A stretch of 64,000 bases of DNA. Source: Thermodesulfobacteriota bacterium (GTDB taxonomy: Bacteria; Desulfobacterota; Desulfobacteria; Desulfobacterales; C00003060). The notes beneath the pieces were generated by a model that worked only from the letters and a program-made list of their open reading frames with translations, was not told the DNA's origin and searched no databases. Both the position numbers and the translations under genes were made by a program. Every line of letters starts with the position of its first letter. The first letter of the stretch is position 1. Where the stretch lies: positions 32,001 through 96,000 of the forward strand of contig JAXHVD010000003.1 of NCBI GenBank assembly GCA_034189385.1. Direction: 5' to 3'. Positions 18,798 to 29,357 of this stretch are shown in pieces.

Positions 18798-20876
18798 TTA
18801 TCCTCTTTTTACTCCCATCGGATTTGGCGCCATCTCTTTGACTCGTTCTTCCAGATCCTCAATGAATGCCTTGTCTACAAGGCCCTGCTTCGGCATATGG
18901 CAAAGGGCAAGACGCTCTCCGTCCAGACCCAGAGCGTTCAAAAGAGTTTTGGTACGGGCCATCCGTTGTTTCACTGCCTCCCGTGTCTCGGGAAAGGGGT
19001 CTTTTTCCACTGGGCACCCTGCAAGGAACACCACTTGAGCGCCCCACTCAAAGGCCTTTAAGATGTCTACTGTATCGATTCTTCTCAGCCCGAAGACCAT
19101 GACAGGCAAGATGTTGGGATGCTCCTGTCGAAGTCTTTCCTTGTCGCTGGGGCCGAAATCCCCGTGGAGATCAAAAAAGCCCACCATCAGAGGATCTGGA
19201 TGGGCCGATCTGCTCATGGCCGCCGTCATCTCCCTGTCAATGTCCCCTCGGGGATGGAGATCTATGTCAATGGCCTGGACAGGACATTCCAGGGCGCACA
19301 TGCCGCAAGCCTGACACTCAAAAGGATCGATGGTGATCTCTCCCATTTTACTTGCCCTTGGGATCTGGAGCGGACAGACCCTCAGGCAGGTGAGGCAGGA
19401 CACGCACTTGTCTTTGTCGATCTTTGCGCCGAGAAAACAATGGAGGCACCTCAAAGCCTCTGAGATGGCCCGATCCTCCGTCAAAACGGCTTCTACTTCC
19501 TCAAACCCCTTTAACCTGCGGTCCATGGGCAGACAGATCTTTTTAGCCCGTTCAAATTTTCTGGTCTTTTCGATAATGGCAGAAGAAAGCCTTTCTCTTT
19601 CATCGGATCGGGCCGGCCCAGGGACAGGGTGCCATTTCTTTTTCAAGTAAAGATCTATGGCACAAGCCCTTTCCTTGCCTGCCGCAATGGCCTGTATCAC
19701 CGTGGCTGGGCCGGTGACGGCATCTCCTCCTGCAAACACGCCTGGACAGACCGTGGCACCAGCTTCGTTGACGACGATCCGATGGCTTCTTTGGTCCAGC
19801 TCCAGTTCTTGAGCAAAGAAAGACGACTCCGGGGCTTGGCCGATGGCCGCAATGACCATGTCCACATCAAGGACAAACTCAGAGCCTGCCATAGGATCAG
19901 GGCTTCTTCGGCCGTTGGCATCAGGCTGCCCCAACCGATTCTCCATGCATCTCAGAGCCGTGACCTTTCCGTCCTCTCCCAGGACCTCAACGGGCGACGT
20001 AAGAACGGACAAATGAACGCCTTCGGCCACGGCTTCTTCGATCTCTTCTGGCGCTGCTGGCATTTCGTCTCTTGACCTCCGGTACAAGATGCGCACGGCG
20101 TCAGCCCCCCATCGGAGGGCCGAGCGGGCCGAGTCCACGGCCGTGTTTCCTCCGCCTATGACGGCCACCTGTCGGCCCACCTTCGGGTTTTGCCCACTGT
20201 TGGATCTTTGAAGGAAGGAGATGGCAGAAACGACCCCCTCAAAGGCGTCGGCACCGGCAATGTCCAGCTTCCGCTCCTGGTGGGCACCAACAGCCACAAA
20301 CACGGCCCCATATTGCTGGTCGAAAAGATCCTTAAGCTTCATGGCTTCCCCGATCCGGACTCCTGTCTTCATGACTACGCCCAAATCGCAAATAGCTTCT
20401 ATCTCTTCGTCGACCACGTCCTTGGGCAGACGATATGCCGGCACCCCGAGCCGCAGCATCCCGCCCAGAACGGGCAATGCCTCAAAGACCGTGACATGGT
20501 GGCCAAGGAGGGCCAAATCATGAGCCGCAGCAAGGCCTGCCGGCCCCGAGCCGATGACGGCCACCTTGTGCCCCGTCGGTTCGGCAGGCTGAAGAGCCTT
20601 ACACCGGCCCCTCCAAGGGCCGTCAGAGGCAAATCGCTTCAAAGCAGCGATGGCGATCGGTTCATCCACTTGTCCCCGTTTGCAGGCCCCTTCACAGGGA
20701 TGGGTGCAGATGCGTCCGCACACCCGAGGGAGCGGATTGAGCCCGCGGATGGCGGCATAGGCCTTTTCGAACTTTCTCTCGGCGATGAGCTGGATGTACT
20801 CCCGCCCGTCGGTCAGTATGGGACAGGCCATCGTACATGGCGGCCTGTCATGGTCTGGGCTCGTCATGTCATTCAT
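18798..20876 (-). CDS. GltD/NfnB-like FAD/NAD(P)H oxidoreductase fused to a 2[4Fe-4S] domain and a degenerate MvhD/FlpD-like domain
   Basis: PCTMACP, GRICTHPCEGAC, GSGPAG, GGGNTA, YRR, FAGGD, RCLHC, CVSCLTC..CP, CQACGMC..CP, ILKAFEWGA.VVFLAGC. Confidence 0.9.
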   Translation of the reverse strand: MNDMTSPDHDRPPCTMACPILTDGREYIQLIAERKFEKAYAAIRGLNPLPRVCGRICTHPCEGACKRGQVDEPIAIAALKRFASDGPWRGRCKALQPAEPTGHKVAVIGSGPAGLAAAHDLALLGHHVTVFEALPVLGGMLRLGVPAYRLPKDVVDEEIEAICDLGVVMKTGVRIGEAMKLKDLFDQQYGAVFVAVGAHQERKLDIAGADAFEGVVSAISFLQRSNSGQNPKVGRQVAVIGGGNTAVDSARSALRWGADAVRILYRRSRDEMPAAPEEIEEAVAEGVHLSVLTSPVEVLGEDGKVTALRCMENRLGQPDANGRRSPDPMAGSEFVLDVDMVIAAIGQAPESSFFAQELELDQRSHRIVVNEAGATVCPGVFAGGDAVTGPATVIQAIAAGKERACAIDLYLKKKWHPVPGPARSDERERLSSAIIEKTRKFERAKKICLPMDRRLKGFEEVEAVLTEDRAISEALRCLHCFLGAKIDKDKCVSCLTCLRVCPLQIPRASKMGEITIDPFECQACGMCALECPVQAIDIDLHPRGDIDREMTAAMSRSAHPDPLMVGFFDLHGDFGPSDKERLRQEHPNILPVMVFGLRRIDTVDILKAFEWGAQVVFLAGCPVEKDPFPETREAVKQRMARTKTLLNALGLDGERLALCHMPKQGLVDKAFIEDLEERVKEMAPNPMGVKRG

Positions 20877-20941
20877 GAAGCACTCTACTCACTTCGGCTG
20901 CTTTCGGTGTCCGTACCACGCCAGTCTCCAGGCCATGGCCA

Positions 20942-22894
20942 TTACAGCTCGCGCCGCATGGCCATATCATAGAGGACCCTTTCCTTTTCTTCCTGAATCC
21001 CCAGGGCCTCTCGCCTTTGGTCAATGGCCCGGATCATCTTCTGGGCCATCTCCACGGCGTGGGCCTCAACGTCCCAACGCCCGCCGTACTCTTGTTCAAT
21101 CTCTTTGAAGAGGTAATCGGTCACCACTTTGCTCCCCGTGGTTGGAAAGGTCCTGCCAAACAAGACATAGGCGCCACTGCCGACGAAATACTGACCAATG
21201 GCCACGGCCTTTTCGCTCATCCATTCTGGGGCACAACCGGCTGCCGGTATCTGGCTGATATCGTCGCCCAGTCCGCCTTCCTTACAGATCTGTGTGGCCG
21301 CGATCAGGATGCGGCTATTGTCCACGCAGGACCCCATGTGCAAGACAGGCGGTATGCCGACGGTCTCGCAGACCTCTCTAAGACCGGTTCCTGCATCGGC
21401 GGCTGCCTCAGGCGTCAGGAGCCCTTCCCTGCCACAGGCAGTGGCCACGCAGCCAGTGACCAGCACGAGGACATTGTTGGCAATCAGTTCCTTGACCACC
21501 GTGGTATTCTCACGTCCGGACTGCGTGCGGCAACTGTCGCATCCCACGACGGCGCCAATGCCTCGGATGCGGCCATTGATGATATTGTCGTTTAGGGCAC
21601 GATAAGAACCCCGGAAGGCGCCTCCCAGCATGTGCGTGATCGTCTCATGACTGAAACCGGCTACGACATCCATGCTGCTCTCAGGAATGCGAACCTTCTG
21701 CCTCTGCTGAAACCGCCCCACAGCCCGCAAGATGACGTCCTTTGCAATGTCAAGGGCACGGTGATGATCAAACTCAATGTGGGTCGCGCCTTCAATCCGT
21801 GCCCGTGGCGAAGTGGTAATGAGTTCCGTATGGAAAGACTTTGCCACCGCTGCACAGCCCTGCATAACGCACTGCACATCCACCACCATGGCCTCCACGG
21901 CCCCAGTGGCAAGGACAATTTCTTGTTGGGTGAAGCTTCCTGCAATGGGAACCCCGCGCCGCATCAGGATCTCGTTTCCTGAACAGCACACACCGGCCAG
22001 GTTAATTCCCTTTGCCCCCACTGCTTCTGCTGCCGCCACAACCTCAGGATCCTGAGACACGATGGCCATGGCCTCCGGGACCTGCGGTTCATGACCATGG
22101 ATAACAATGTTCACATGGTCTTCAGAAAGGGCACCAAGATTGACCGTGGTGCGAAGGGGCACGGGCGTACCGAACATGATGTCCTGCAACTCCGTGGCGA
22201 TCATGGAGGCCCCCCAGCCATCGGCCAGAGAACAACGGGTTGCCTGGAAGATCAGACTCCTATAATCCTGATCGGTCCCCATGTGGGTTCGATGCATGAT
22301 TTCCGTCACTTCCCGATCAACGCCTCTGGGCACGACGCCCATCTTCTTCCACAGGGCCTGGCGCTTGTCCGTTGCCCGAGAGGTCATGACCAAGGCACCT
22401 TCCTGCTGGCCGAATTCAGCAAGGGTTTTTTCTCCCAGCTCGATGGCAATGTCTTCCTTGCTGCGTCCTTCTGTTTTGATCTTGTACAGGTCTGCCATGA
22501 AATGGAGTTTTTTTTCGTCCTTGATCTCAAAGGGCGCCTCCCCTTTGGCAGTAGCTAGAAAGGTGAGGGCTGTTTCCCGGCCGTGGTCCATGTGGGCCGC
22601 GGAGCCCGAAGCCACCATGCGTACAAAATTGCGTGTTACCACTGTGGCGGCGTTTGCCCCACAAATCCCGAGGGACGCAGGATCATCTTCGATGATCATG
22701 CAGGGACCAAAAGAGCAGTTTCGACAGCAGGTGCCGCCCATGCCGAAGAGGCAAGGCTCAATGGCACGGTCTTCCATGCGCTGGACGTAGGTCTTTACGC
22801 CTTCCTTGCCACATTCTTCAACAATACACATGCTGGCGTCACAACTGAGGCCCTCGCACCTGTGCTGTGTCAAGGGAATAATCTTTCTGGTCAT
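20942..22894 (-). CDS. cooS: Anaerobic Ni-CO dehydrogenase catalytic subunit
   Basis: CxFG..GxCCRNCSFGPC; C-cluster ligands HGHEP, CCSGNE, DVQC, VGC, TGC, GSCVDN; MSEKA. Confidence 0.97.
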   Translation of the reverse strand: MTRKIIPLTQHRCEGLSCDASMCIVEECGKEGVKTYVQRMEDRAIEPCLFGMGGTCCRNCSFGPCMIIEDDPASLGICGANAATVVTRNFVRMVASGSAAHMDHGRETALTFLATAKGEAPFEIKDEKKLHFMADLYKIKTEGRSKEDIAIELGEKTLAEFGQQEGALVMTSRATDKRQALWKKMGVVPRGVDREVTEIMHRTHMGTDQDYRSLIFQATRCSLADGWGASMIATELQDIMFGTPVPLRTTVNLGALSEDHVNIVIHGHEPQVPEAMAIVSQDPEVVAAAEAVGAKGINLAGVCCSGNEILMRRGVPIAGSFTQQEIVLATGAVEAMVVDVQCVMQGCAAVAKSFHTELITTSPRARIEGATHIEFDHHRALDIAKDVILRAVGRFQQRQKVRIPESSMDVVAGFSHETITHMLGGAFRGSYRALNDNIINGRIRGIGAVVGCDSCRTQSGRENTTVVKELIANNVLVLVTGCVATACGREGLLTPEAAADAGTGLREVCETVGIPPVLHMGSCVDNSRILIAATQICKEGGLGDDISQIPAAGCAPEWMSEKAVAIGQYFVGSGAYVLFGRTFPTTGSKVVTDYLFKEIEQEYGGRWDVEAHAVEMAQKMIRAIDQRREALGIQEEKERVLYDMAMRREL

Positions 22895-23026
22895 TTCTCC
22901 GCCTCCTTGGTGGAGTGGCTGTCTGGTGTCTGTTCTTGGTTACCCGTGGCCGCATGCTGGCCGCCGCCGTGTGCCTCTGGCTCATACCGACCATGGGGCG
23001 CTCAGATTTCAGTGGCCCCCATGCCT

Positions 23027-23911
23027 TCATGGCTCCGTCATGGCCTTGGCTGCCACCACCGTGTTCTTCATGAGCATGGTGATGGTCATGGGGCCCACGC
23101 CGCCAGGCACAGGCGTAATGGCCGCTGCCTTTTCCTGGACCCCATCAAAATCCACGTCGCCCGCCAAAATGGCCTTGCCTTCCGGGGTCTTGCCCATACG
23201 ATTCACCCCCACGTCAATGACGACAACCCCTTCTTTCACCATGTCAGCAGTAATGGTCTTGGGATGCCCTACGGCCACGATCAGGATATCTGCCATCTTG
23301 GTAAAGGTAGCCAAGTCTGCCGTTTTTGAATGGCATATGGTGACTGTGGCATTGCCCCCTGGAGGGGCCTGCAGCATCAGATTCGCCATGGGTTTTCCCA
23401 CGATATTGCTTCTTCCCACGACCACCACGTGCTTGCCCTGGGTAGTGACATCTGAACGTCTCAGCAATTCCACAATGCCGTGGGGAGTGCACGGGAGAAA
23501 AGTCGCTGCCCCAATCATGAGTTTTCCCACATTTACGGGATGGAAACAGTCCACATCCTTGTCAGGGTTGATGGCGTAGATGACACGCTCGGCATCGATG
23601 TGCTTGGGAAGTGGCAGTTGAACCAGAATGCCATGGAGCTTGGCATCATCATTGAACTTGTCGACGAAGTCCAGCAGATCGGCTTCTGAGATGTCAGCGG
23701 GAAGATCGGTCCTTTCAGAATAGATGCCTAGGCTGTTGCAGGCCTTTTCCTTTTGTCCAACATAGACCTTTGAACCGGGATCGTCACCCACTAAAATGGT
23801 GGCGAGCCCCGGTGTGACGCCATGCTTCTTTTTGAGTTCCGTGATCTCTCTAGTAATCTCTTCACGGATCTGTTTTGAAATCTCCCCCCCTTTGATAAGT
23901 CTTGCTGCCAT
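23027..23911 (-). CDS. folD: Bifunctional methylene-THF dehydrogenase/methenyl-THF cyclohydrolase
   Basis: GILVQLPLP, KDVD.FH, PCTP, GRSNIVGKP, TPVPGGVGPMT; start ATG 23911 (upstream extension is repeat-derived). Confidence 0.96.
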   Translation of the reverse strand: MAARLIKGGEISKQIREEITREITELKKKHGVTPGLATILVGDDPGSKVYVGQKEKACNSLGIYSERTDLPADISEADLLDFVDKFNDDAKLHGILVQLPLPKHIDAERVIYAINPDKDVDCFHPVNVGKLMIGAATFLPCTPHGIVELLRRSDVTTQGKHVVVVGRSNIVGKPMANLMLQAPPGGNATVTICHSKTADLATFTKMADILIVAVGHPKTITADMVKEGVVVIDVGVNRMGKTPEGKAILAGDVDFDGVQEKAAAITPVPGGVGPMTITMLMKNTVVAAKAMTEP

Positions 23912-23925
23912 GATAGCCCCCTTCC

Positions 23926-24040
23926 GATTGACGATTGAATATGGAATACTGAAGATTGACGAATGTCCATCGAGCCATGACGATTGCAGCAAACAGCAAG
24001 CCGTTTCTTGCCCAATTCTCAATCGACAATGATCAATTCA
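23926..24040. repeat. Inverted arrays of degenerate heptamers (GATTGAM / CAATYNN) between hdrA and folD
   Basis: GATTGAC GATTGAA TATGGAA TACTGAA GATTGAC GAATGTC ... CAATTCT CAATCGA CAATGAT CAATTCA. Confidence 0.7.
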
Positions 24041-27000
24041 AAAAGGCCTTCACCTGCGAGTCCAACTGCTCATCAGTAAAAGCGTTGACGCCTATGGCGT
24101 GCCTGTAGCAAGAGGCGGCACAAACCCCGCACCCCTTGCAGCCTACGTCTATGACCTGGGCCTTGCGGCCATCTTTCGTTTCAGCCACCCTTAGGGCTCC
24201 AAAGGGACACAGTTCAGCACAAAGACCGCATCCCACGCACAGCTGCTCATCCACGCGGGCAATCACCCCTGGGGTGACAATAGAATCCTGACCAAGGAGG
24301 GTGCCCGCCTTAGCTGCTGCCGCCTGTGCCTGAGCAATGCTTTCCTCGATCGGTTTGGGATAATGGGCAAGGCCCGCCAAATAGATGCCGTCCGTGGCAA
24401 AGTCCACGGGCCTGAGCTTCACATGGGCCTCCAGAAAGAACCGTTCCTGATTCATGGCCACCTTGAAAACCCTGGCGAGTGCCTCGTTGTCTTTAGAGGG
24501 CACGATGGCCGATGCAAGGGTCAAGATGTCTGCCTCAATCGCCACAGGACACTGCAGCACATGATCTGTTACCGTGACGACGAGCTTGTCGTCCTTTTCT
24601 TTGACTACGGGTTTGTTTTCCAGTCTATACCTCATAAAGACAATGCCCTTTGACCGGGCCTCTCGATAAATCCCTTCCCGCTTCCCGTAGGTGCGAATGT
24701 CACGATGGAGGATATAGATGTCCAACTCTGGGTTCAGATCCTTAAGTCTTAAGGCACTTCGGATCGAATGGGTACAGCAGACCTTGCTGCAGTAGGGCCT
24801 TTGAGGATCCCGAGAGCCCACACACTGGATGAAAACAGCTGTCTTGGCCTCGGCGAATCTGGGGCCATTTTCTGCCATCTCCTGGTCTAATTCCAAAGAC
24901 AAAAACACGCGTCCATCTTTGCCGTAGAGATACTCAGAGGGTTTGAAAGCCTCTCCACCTGTGGCCAATATGGTGGCGCCATGGGCGACCCTCTCCTCCC
25001 TGCCCTTACCATCGACGAGGGTCGATTCAAAGTTGCCAACAAATCCTTCCACGGCCTTGACCGAAGTGTCCACATGCACATGAACCGACGGGTGGTCCTG
25101 AACTCTCGTGGTCATCTCTAAAAGGTAGGTCCGGACATCCTCTCCTTTCCAGGTTTCATAGATTTTTCGGGCCTGCCCCCCCAGAGATGACCCTCGCTCT
25201 ACAAGGTGCACTTCATATCCCTGTTCCGCCAAATTCAGGGCGCTTGTCATGCCGGCCACACCTCCGCCCACGACGAGCCCTGCCTTTGTTACCGGAACAG
25301 TTGGCTCGTCCAGAGGCTGAATGACGCTCGCCTTGGCCACGGCCATGCGAACAAGGTCTTTCGCCTTTTCCGTGGCTTTTTCAGGTTCATTCGCATGGAC
25401 CCAGGAACACTGGTCCCTGATGTTAGCCATTTCAAAAAGGTACTGGTTCAGCCCCATTTCCCGCAGGGTCTCTCTGAAAAGGGGCTCATGGGTCCTAGGA
25501 GAACAGGAGGCCACCACAAGGCGGTTCAGATGATGCTCCTTGATGACCTGCTTGATGTCACTTTGCGTGTCTTGGGAACAGGAGAAAAGGTTCTCATCCA
25601 CATAGGCAACGTGGGGAAGCGTCTTGGCGTATTCTTTTACGTCAGGAACATCGACCACCCCTGCGATGTTGATGCCGCAGTGGCAGACGAACACTCCGAT
25701 GCGGGGTTCTTCCTCCCCCACATCCCTCTCGTCGGGATAGGCATGGGGCTCTGCCAAAGTGAACCGTGCCGGTGCCAAGAGGGCAGAGGCCTCACCAGCT
25801 GAAGCCGTTGCCTCCATGACCGATTCGGGGATATCCTTAGGCCCTTGAAAGGCACCACACACGTAGATGCCGGGCCTGGACGTGCTCACCGGTGTAAAGC
25901 TGCCCGTTTCGGCAAAGCCATCATGATCCAGGCGAATGCCCAGTTTTCTTGACAGCTCGACGGCCTGTTCAGACGGTCCCAGACCCACCGACAAGACTAC
26001 CATGTTAAAGATCTCACGGACCCGCTTGCCTTCTTCATTGGCGTAATGGAAAATGAGATTCCCCGTTTCTTCTTCCTGTAAGACCGCATCGATCCTCGAC
26101 TTTACAAAACGCACCCCGGCCTGTTCTCTCGCCCGGTTATAGAACTTTTCGAAATCCTTGCCGTGGGTTCTCATATCGATGTAGAAGATGGCAGTATCCA
26201 ATCCCTCTTGAGCATGCTCTTTGGCCAGCACGGCCTCCTTTATGGCATACATACAACAGACCGAGGAGCAATACCCCCGACCCACAGAGGGATCACGGGA
26301 ACCCACACATTGCAGCCATGCGATCTTTCTTGGCTCCTCGCCGTCAGAAGGCCTGCGCACATGGCCCTCAAAGGGACCTGTAGCAGAAAGGATGCGCTCA
26401 AACTCCAAGCTCGTCACCACGTTGGGGAATCGACCGTACCCGTATGCTGATTTCATCTTTGGATCAAAGGTCTCAAACCCCAGGGCAAGGACCACCGCTC
26501 CCACCTCCAAGGCAAACTCTTCTTCTTGCTGGTTTAGATCAATAGCGTTTCTCTGACAGGCCCCTGTACAGATCCTGCAGACGCCTCTTGTCTTGAAGAG
26601 ACACTTGGTGGGGTCGATGTAGGGAATGGCTGGAATCGCTTGGGCAAAATGGATATGGAGATTCTTGACCCCTGACATGCCTTCATTATAGGGGTCAGAA
26701 ACCGTCAACGGGCAATGCAGGGTGCACTGTCCGCAATTGGTGCAGCGATCTTCGTCAATAAATCGCGGTCTCTTGACCAAAATGACGTTGAAGTATCCCG
26801 CTTCCCCTTCAATCGTCTTCACTTCAGCCAGCGTTATGATGTCTATATTGGCGTTTCGATCACACTCAATCAGCTTGGGCGACAAGATGCACATGGAGCA
26901 ATCGTTGGTGGGAAAGGTCTTGTCCAACTGGGCCATCTTCCCGCCGATGGCGGCTTCCCGCTCCACCAGATAGACCTTGAATCCAAGATCTGCCAAGTCC

Positions 27001-27104
27001 AGGGCAGCCTGAACCCCTGCGATCCCAGCTCCCACCACCATCACCGAGCCGATAGGTGACAACGAGGAATGGGGTGTTGCAGCAATGTCTCTATCGTCTT
27101 CCAT
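24033..27104 (-). CDS. hdrA: HdrA-like flavoprotein with two FAD modules and multiple Fe-S clusters
   Basis: GAGIAG...GGKMAQLDKTFPTNDC, QCVGSRD..YCSSVCC, IGVFVCHCG, ASCSPRTHE, second GGGVAG and QCVGSR..YCSKVCC, C-terminal ferredoxin. Confidence 0.94.
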   Translation of the reverse strand: MEDDRDIAATPHSSLSPIGSVMVVGAGIAGVQAALDLADLGFKVYLVEREAAIGGKMAQLDKTFPTNDCSMCILSPKLIECDRNANIDIITLAEVKTIEGEAGYFNVILVKRPRFIDEDRCTNCGQCTLHCPLTVSDPYNEGMSGVKNLHIHFAQAIPAIPYIDPTKCLFKTRGVCRICTGACQRNAIDLNQQEEEFALEVGAVVLALGFETFDPKMKSAYGYGRFPNVVTSLEFERILSATGPFEGHVRRPSDGEEPRKIAWLQCVGSRDPSVGRGYCSSVCCMYAIKEAVLAKEHAQEGLDTAIFYIDMRTHGKDFEKFYNRAREQAGVRFVKSRIDAVLQEEETGNLIFHYANEEGKRVREIFNMVVLSVGLGPSEQAVELSRKLGIRLDHDGFAETGSFTPVSTSRPGIYVCGAFQGPKDIPESVMEATASAGEASALLAPARFTLAEPHAYPDERDVGEEEPRIGVFVCHCGINIAGVVDVPDVKEYAKTLPHVAYVDENLFSCSQDTQSDIKQVIKEHHLNRLVVASCSPRTHEPLFRETLREMGLNQYLFEMANIRDQCSWVHANEPEKATEKAKDLVRMAVAKASVIQPLDEPTVPVTKAGLVVGGGVAGMTSALNLAEQGYEVHLVERGSSLGGQARKIYETWKGEDVRTYLLEMTTRVQDHPSVHVHVDTSVKAVEGFVGNFESTLVDGKGREERVAHGATILATGGEAFKPSEYLYGKDGRVFLSLELDQEMAENGPRFAEAKTAVFIQCVGSRDPQRPYCSKVCCTHSIRSALRLKDLNPELDIYILHRDIRTYGKREGIYREARSKGIVFMRYRLENKPVVKEKDDKLVVTVTDHVLQCPVAIEADILTLASAIVPSKDNEALARVFKVAMNQERFFLEAHVKLRPVDFATDGIYLAGLAHYPKPIEESIAQAQAAAAKAGTLLGQDSIVTPGVIARVDEQLCVGCGLCAELCPFGALRVAETKDGRKAQVIDVGCKGCGVCAASCYRHAIGVNAFTDEQLDSQVKAFLN

Positions 27105-27211
27105 AATCGATCCAATAAATAAGAATAGCCTGTTGGGGTCTATACGTCAACATAAGGCCCAACGAAGTTCTTTTGTCATCTCTTCCTATTTTGAGCTGAT
27201 AATGGAAAGAC

Positions 27212-28975
27212 CTAGAACAGCCCTTTCACCTTTCCCGTCTCCACATCCACATCAACGCGGCGAAAGGCCGGGTTGGAACAGGTTCCGGGCATCAAGCTGA
27301 TGGCGCCGGCACAGGGGCACAAAAACCTGGCGCCAGAATAGATCAGAACGTCACGAATCGGCAGTGTCCACCCCTTGGGAACCCCTTTAAGGGCTGGATC
27401 ATGGCTAAGGCTCAGGTGAGTCTTGACCATCATCGTGGCGTAGTCATCATATTTAGAGTCTCCCTCAAGCATCTTCGCCTTGGCCTCGGCACCGGGGGTC
27501 CAGGCCACTCCATCTGCGCCATAGACCTCTCTGGCAATGGTTTCCACCCGTTCTCTGAGTTTCATCTCCAAGGGATAGAGATGTTGGAATTGGCTCTCCT
27601 CGTTGCAGGCATCAATGACGGCATCGGCAAATTCCAGGGCACCCTCGCCACCATGGGCCCAGTGGGTGGATTTGGCGCAGCGCGCCCCGGCGGCCTCGGC
27701 GACCTTTCTGACCGTTTCGATCTCATCATCTGTATCGGTATGGAAACAATTGATGCAGACCACAGGATTGATGCCGGCTTTGCGTACTGTGTTGATATGA
27801 TGGACCATGTTCTCACAACCCTTCTCCACCAATCCCACATCCTCCTTGGTATACTCATCAGGAAGGGCCAGACCTGCAACCACCTTGGGGCCGCCACCGT
27901 GCATCTTCAAGGCGCGAATCGTGGTGGTGAGCACAGAGACGTGAGGCTTCAGTCCGCTGTAACGACACTTGACGTTCCAGAATTTCTCAAACCCAATATC
28001 TGCTCCAAAACCGCTTTCCGTGACGTGATAATCAAACATTTTCAGCCCAATCCGATCAGCAATAATGGAAGACTGGCCCACGGCGATATTGGCAAAAGGT
28101 CCGGCATGTACCATGCAGGGCTGATACTCGGCCGTGCACATGAGCGTGGGGTTGATGGTGTTGCGCATCCATGCCGTCATGGCACCACCCACCTCCAAAT
28201 CACCCGTGGTGACCGGATTGCCATCCTTGTCAAAGGCCACGGTGATTTCGCCGAGACGCTTTCTCAGATCTGCCAGATCCCGGACAATGGAAAGGATGGC
28301 CATACATTCTGAACCCACGGCAATGCCGAACTTGGACTGCATGGTAAATCCGTCAAACCGTCCGCCAATGCCGATGATGATGTTTCTTAAGGCCTGGGCA
28401 CAGTAGTCGATGATCCAACCCATTTCAACGCGGGTAGGATCGATGTCGAGACGACGCATGCCGGTGAGCCTCTGCAGCTGTTCGTCACTGTAGTTGCGCT
28501 CATGCTGCATACGGGCCGTAAGAGCCACCATGGCCAGATTGTGGGCGTTCATGATGTCATTGATATCGCCCGTAAGCCCCAAGGAAAATTCGGTCATGGG
28601 AATGAGCAGGGATATGCCGCCGCCCGCTGCCGTCCCCTTAATATTCATGGTGGGGCCGCCTGACGGCTGCCTCAGGGCACCGCCCACCTTTACCCCCCGT
28701 TTGCCCAGGCCCTCCATAAGGCCGCAAGAAGTGGTACTCTTTCCTTCGCCCAGCGGCGTGGGGGTAATGGCAGTCACCTCAATATACTTCCCATCGGGCC
28801 TGTCTTTCAGACGGTCAATGATTCTAAGAAAATCAAGCTTTGCTAGCCTCCCCATGGGAAGAATCTCTTCTTTTTCAAGACCCAGTTTCTCCCTCCACTC
28901 CTCTGGCATGGGCATGTGCTTTTCGGCATCTTCAGAGATTTGCCAGTCCTTGTATTTGGTTGGATCAAGTGCCAT
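27212..28975 (-). CDS. fhs: Formate--tetrahydrofolate ligase
   Basis: [61 protein letters not shown] before ATG 28975. Confidence 0.97.
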   Translation of the reverse strand: MALDPTKYKDWQISEDAEKHMPMPEEWREKLGLEKEEILPMGRLAKLDFLRIIDRLKDRPDGKYIEVTAITPTPLGEGKSTTSCGLMEGLGKRGVKVGGALRQPSGGPTMNIKGTAAGGGISLLIPMTEFSLGLTGDINDIMNAHNLAMVALTARMQHERNYSDEQLQRLTGMRRLDIDPTRVEMGWIIDYCAQALRNIIIGIGGRFDGFTMQSKFGIAVGSECMAILSIVRDLADLRKRLGEITVAFDKDGNPVTTGDLEVGGAMTAWMRNTINPTLMCTAEYQPCMVHAGPFANIAVGQSSIIADRIGLKMFDYHVTESGFGADIGFEKFWNVKCRYSGLKPHVSVLTTTIRALKMHGGGPKVVAGLALPDEYTKEDVGLVEKGCENMVHHINTVRKAGINPVVCINCFHTDTDDEIETVRKVAEAAGARCAKSTHWAHGGEGALEFADAVIDACNEESQFQHLYPLEMKLRERVETIAREVYGADGVAWTPGAEAKAKMLEGDSKYDDYATMMVKTHLSLSHDPALKGVPKGWTLPIRDVLIYSGARFLCPCAGAISLMPGTCSNPAFRRVDVDVETGKVKGLF

Positions 28976-29207
28976 CGTCATCCTCCTTGTTTTCTAACGT
29001 CGTTTCTAGTCTCTAGGGCCTGTCAGACAACCAGTCTCAGCTGCTCTGGGGAAAAAGGCTTGGCAACAGGCGTCTCTTGTTCATTCTTCGTCATCGATAA
29101 TCAGTATGACTTCGCCCTCGCCTGAGAAGAACCTTGCTGGCTTCGCTTGGCACATACCCCGCGTCACCCCCTTGACGGGCTGTTGGCACCACCGTTGAGA
29201 ACCGTGA

Positions 29208-29223
29208 TACGAATTCTGTGCCA
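29208..29223 (-). promoter_or_regulatory. Putative sigma54 (-24/-12) promoter for the fhs/Wood-Ljungdahl cluster
   Basis: Minus strand TGGCACAGAATTCGTA (GG-N10-GT; -12 deviates from GC); AT-rich tract and palindrome upstream. Confidence 0.5.
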
Positions 29224-29335
29224 AAGGAGGTATGAGAACACTCCAAGGAAGCCACCTTGTAATAAATAGATATCACATGTAAATTTTAATTCCAGTATTT
29301 AATGCCATTTTGGGCAGATCACCCGTGTGGGGCGT

Positions 29336-29357
29336 TTTGCATCGGCAACGATACAAA
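29336..29357. promoter_or_regulatory. Palindromic operator or enhancer candidate
   Basis: TTTGCATCG-GCAA-CGATACAAA; related partial site TTTGTATTGCCTTGACAAA at 29374-29392. Confidence 0.45.

Noticed and set aside
7282..22894. Absence of cooC/acsF/acsV maturation genes as a sign of a defective cluster
   Set aside because: They may lie elsewhere in the genome; catalytic motifs of CooS and AcsB are intact.
23912..24022. N-terminal extension of FolD in the ORF track
   Set aside because: It is a translation of the heptamer repeat; the RBS supports ATG 23911.
18798..27104. Selenocysteine read-through in hdrA, the MvhD-like domain or cooS
   Set aside because: ORFs are full length with no in-frame TGA at Cys positions; the FdhA active site lies outside the window.
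28982..29200. ZTP or THF riboswitch upstream of fhs
   Set aside because: Expected from context, but the conserved cores are not recognisable.
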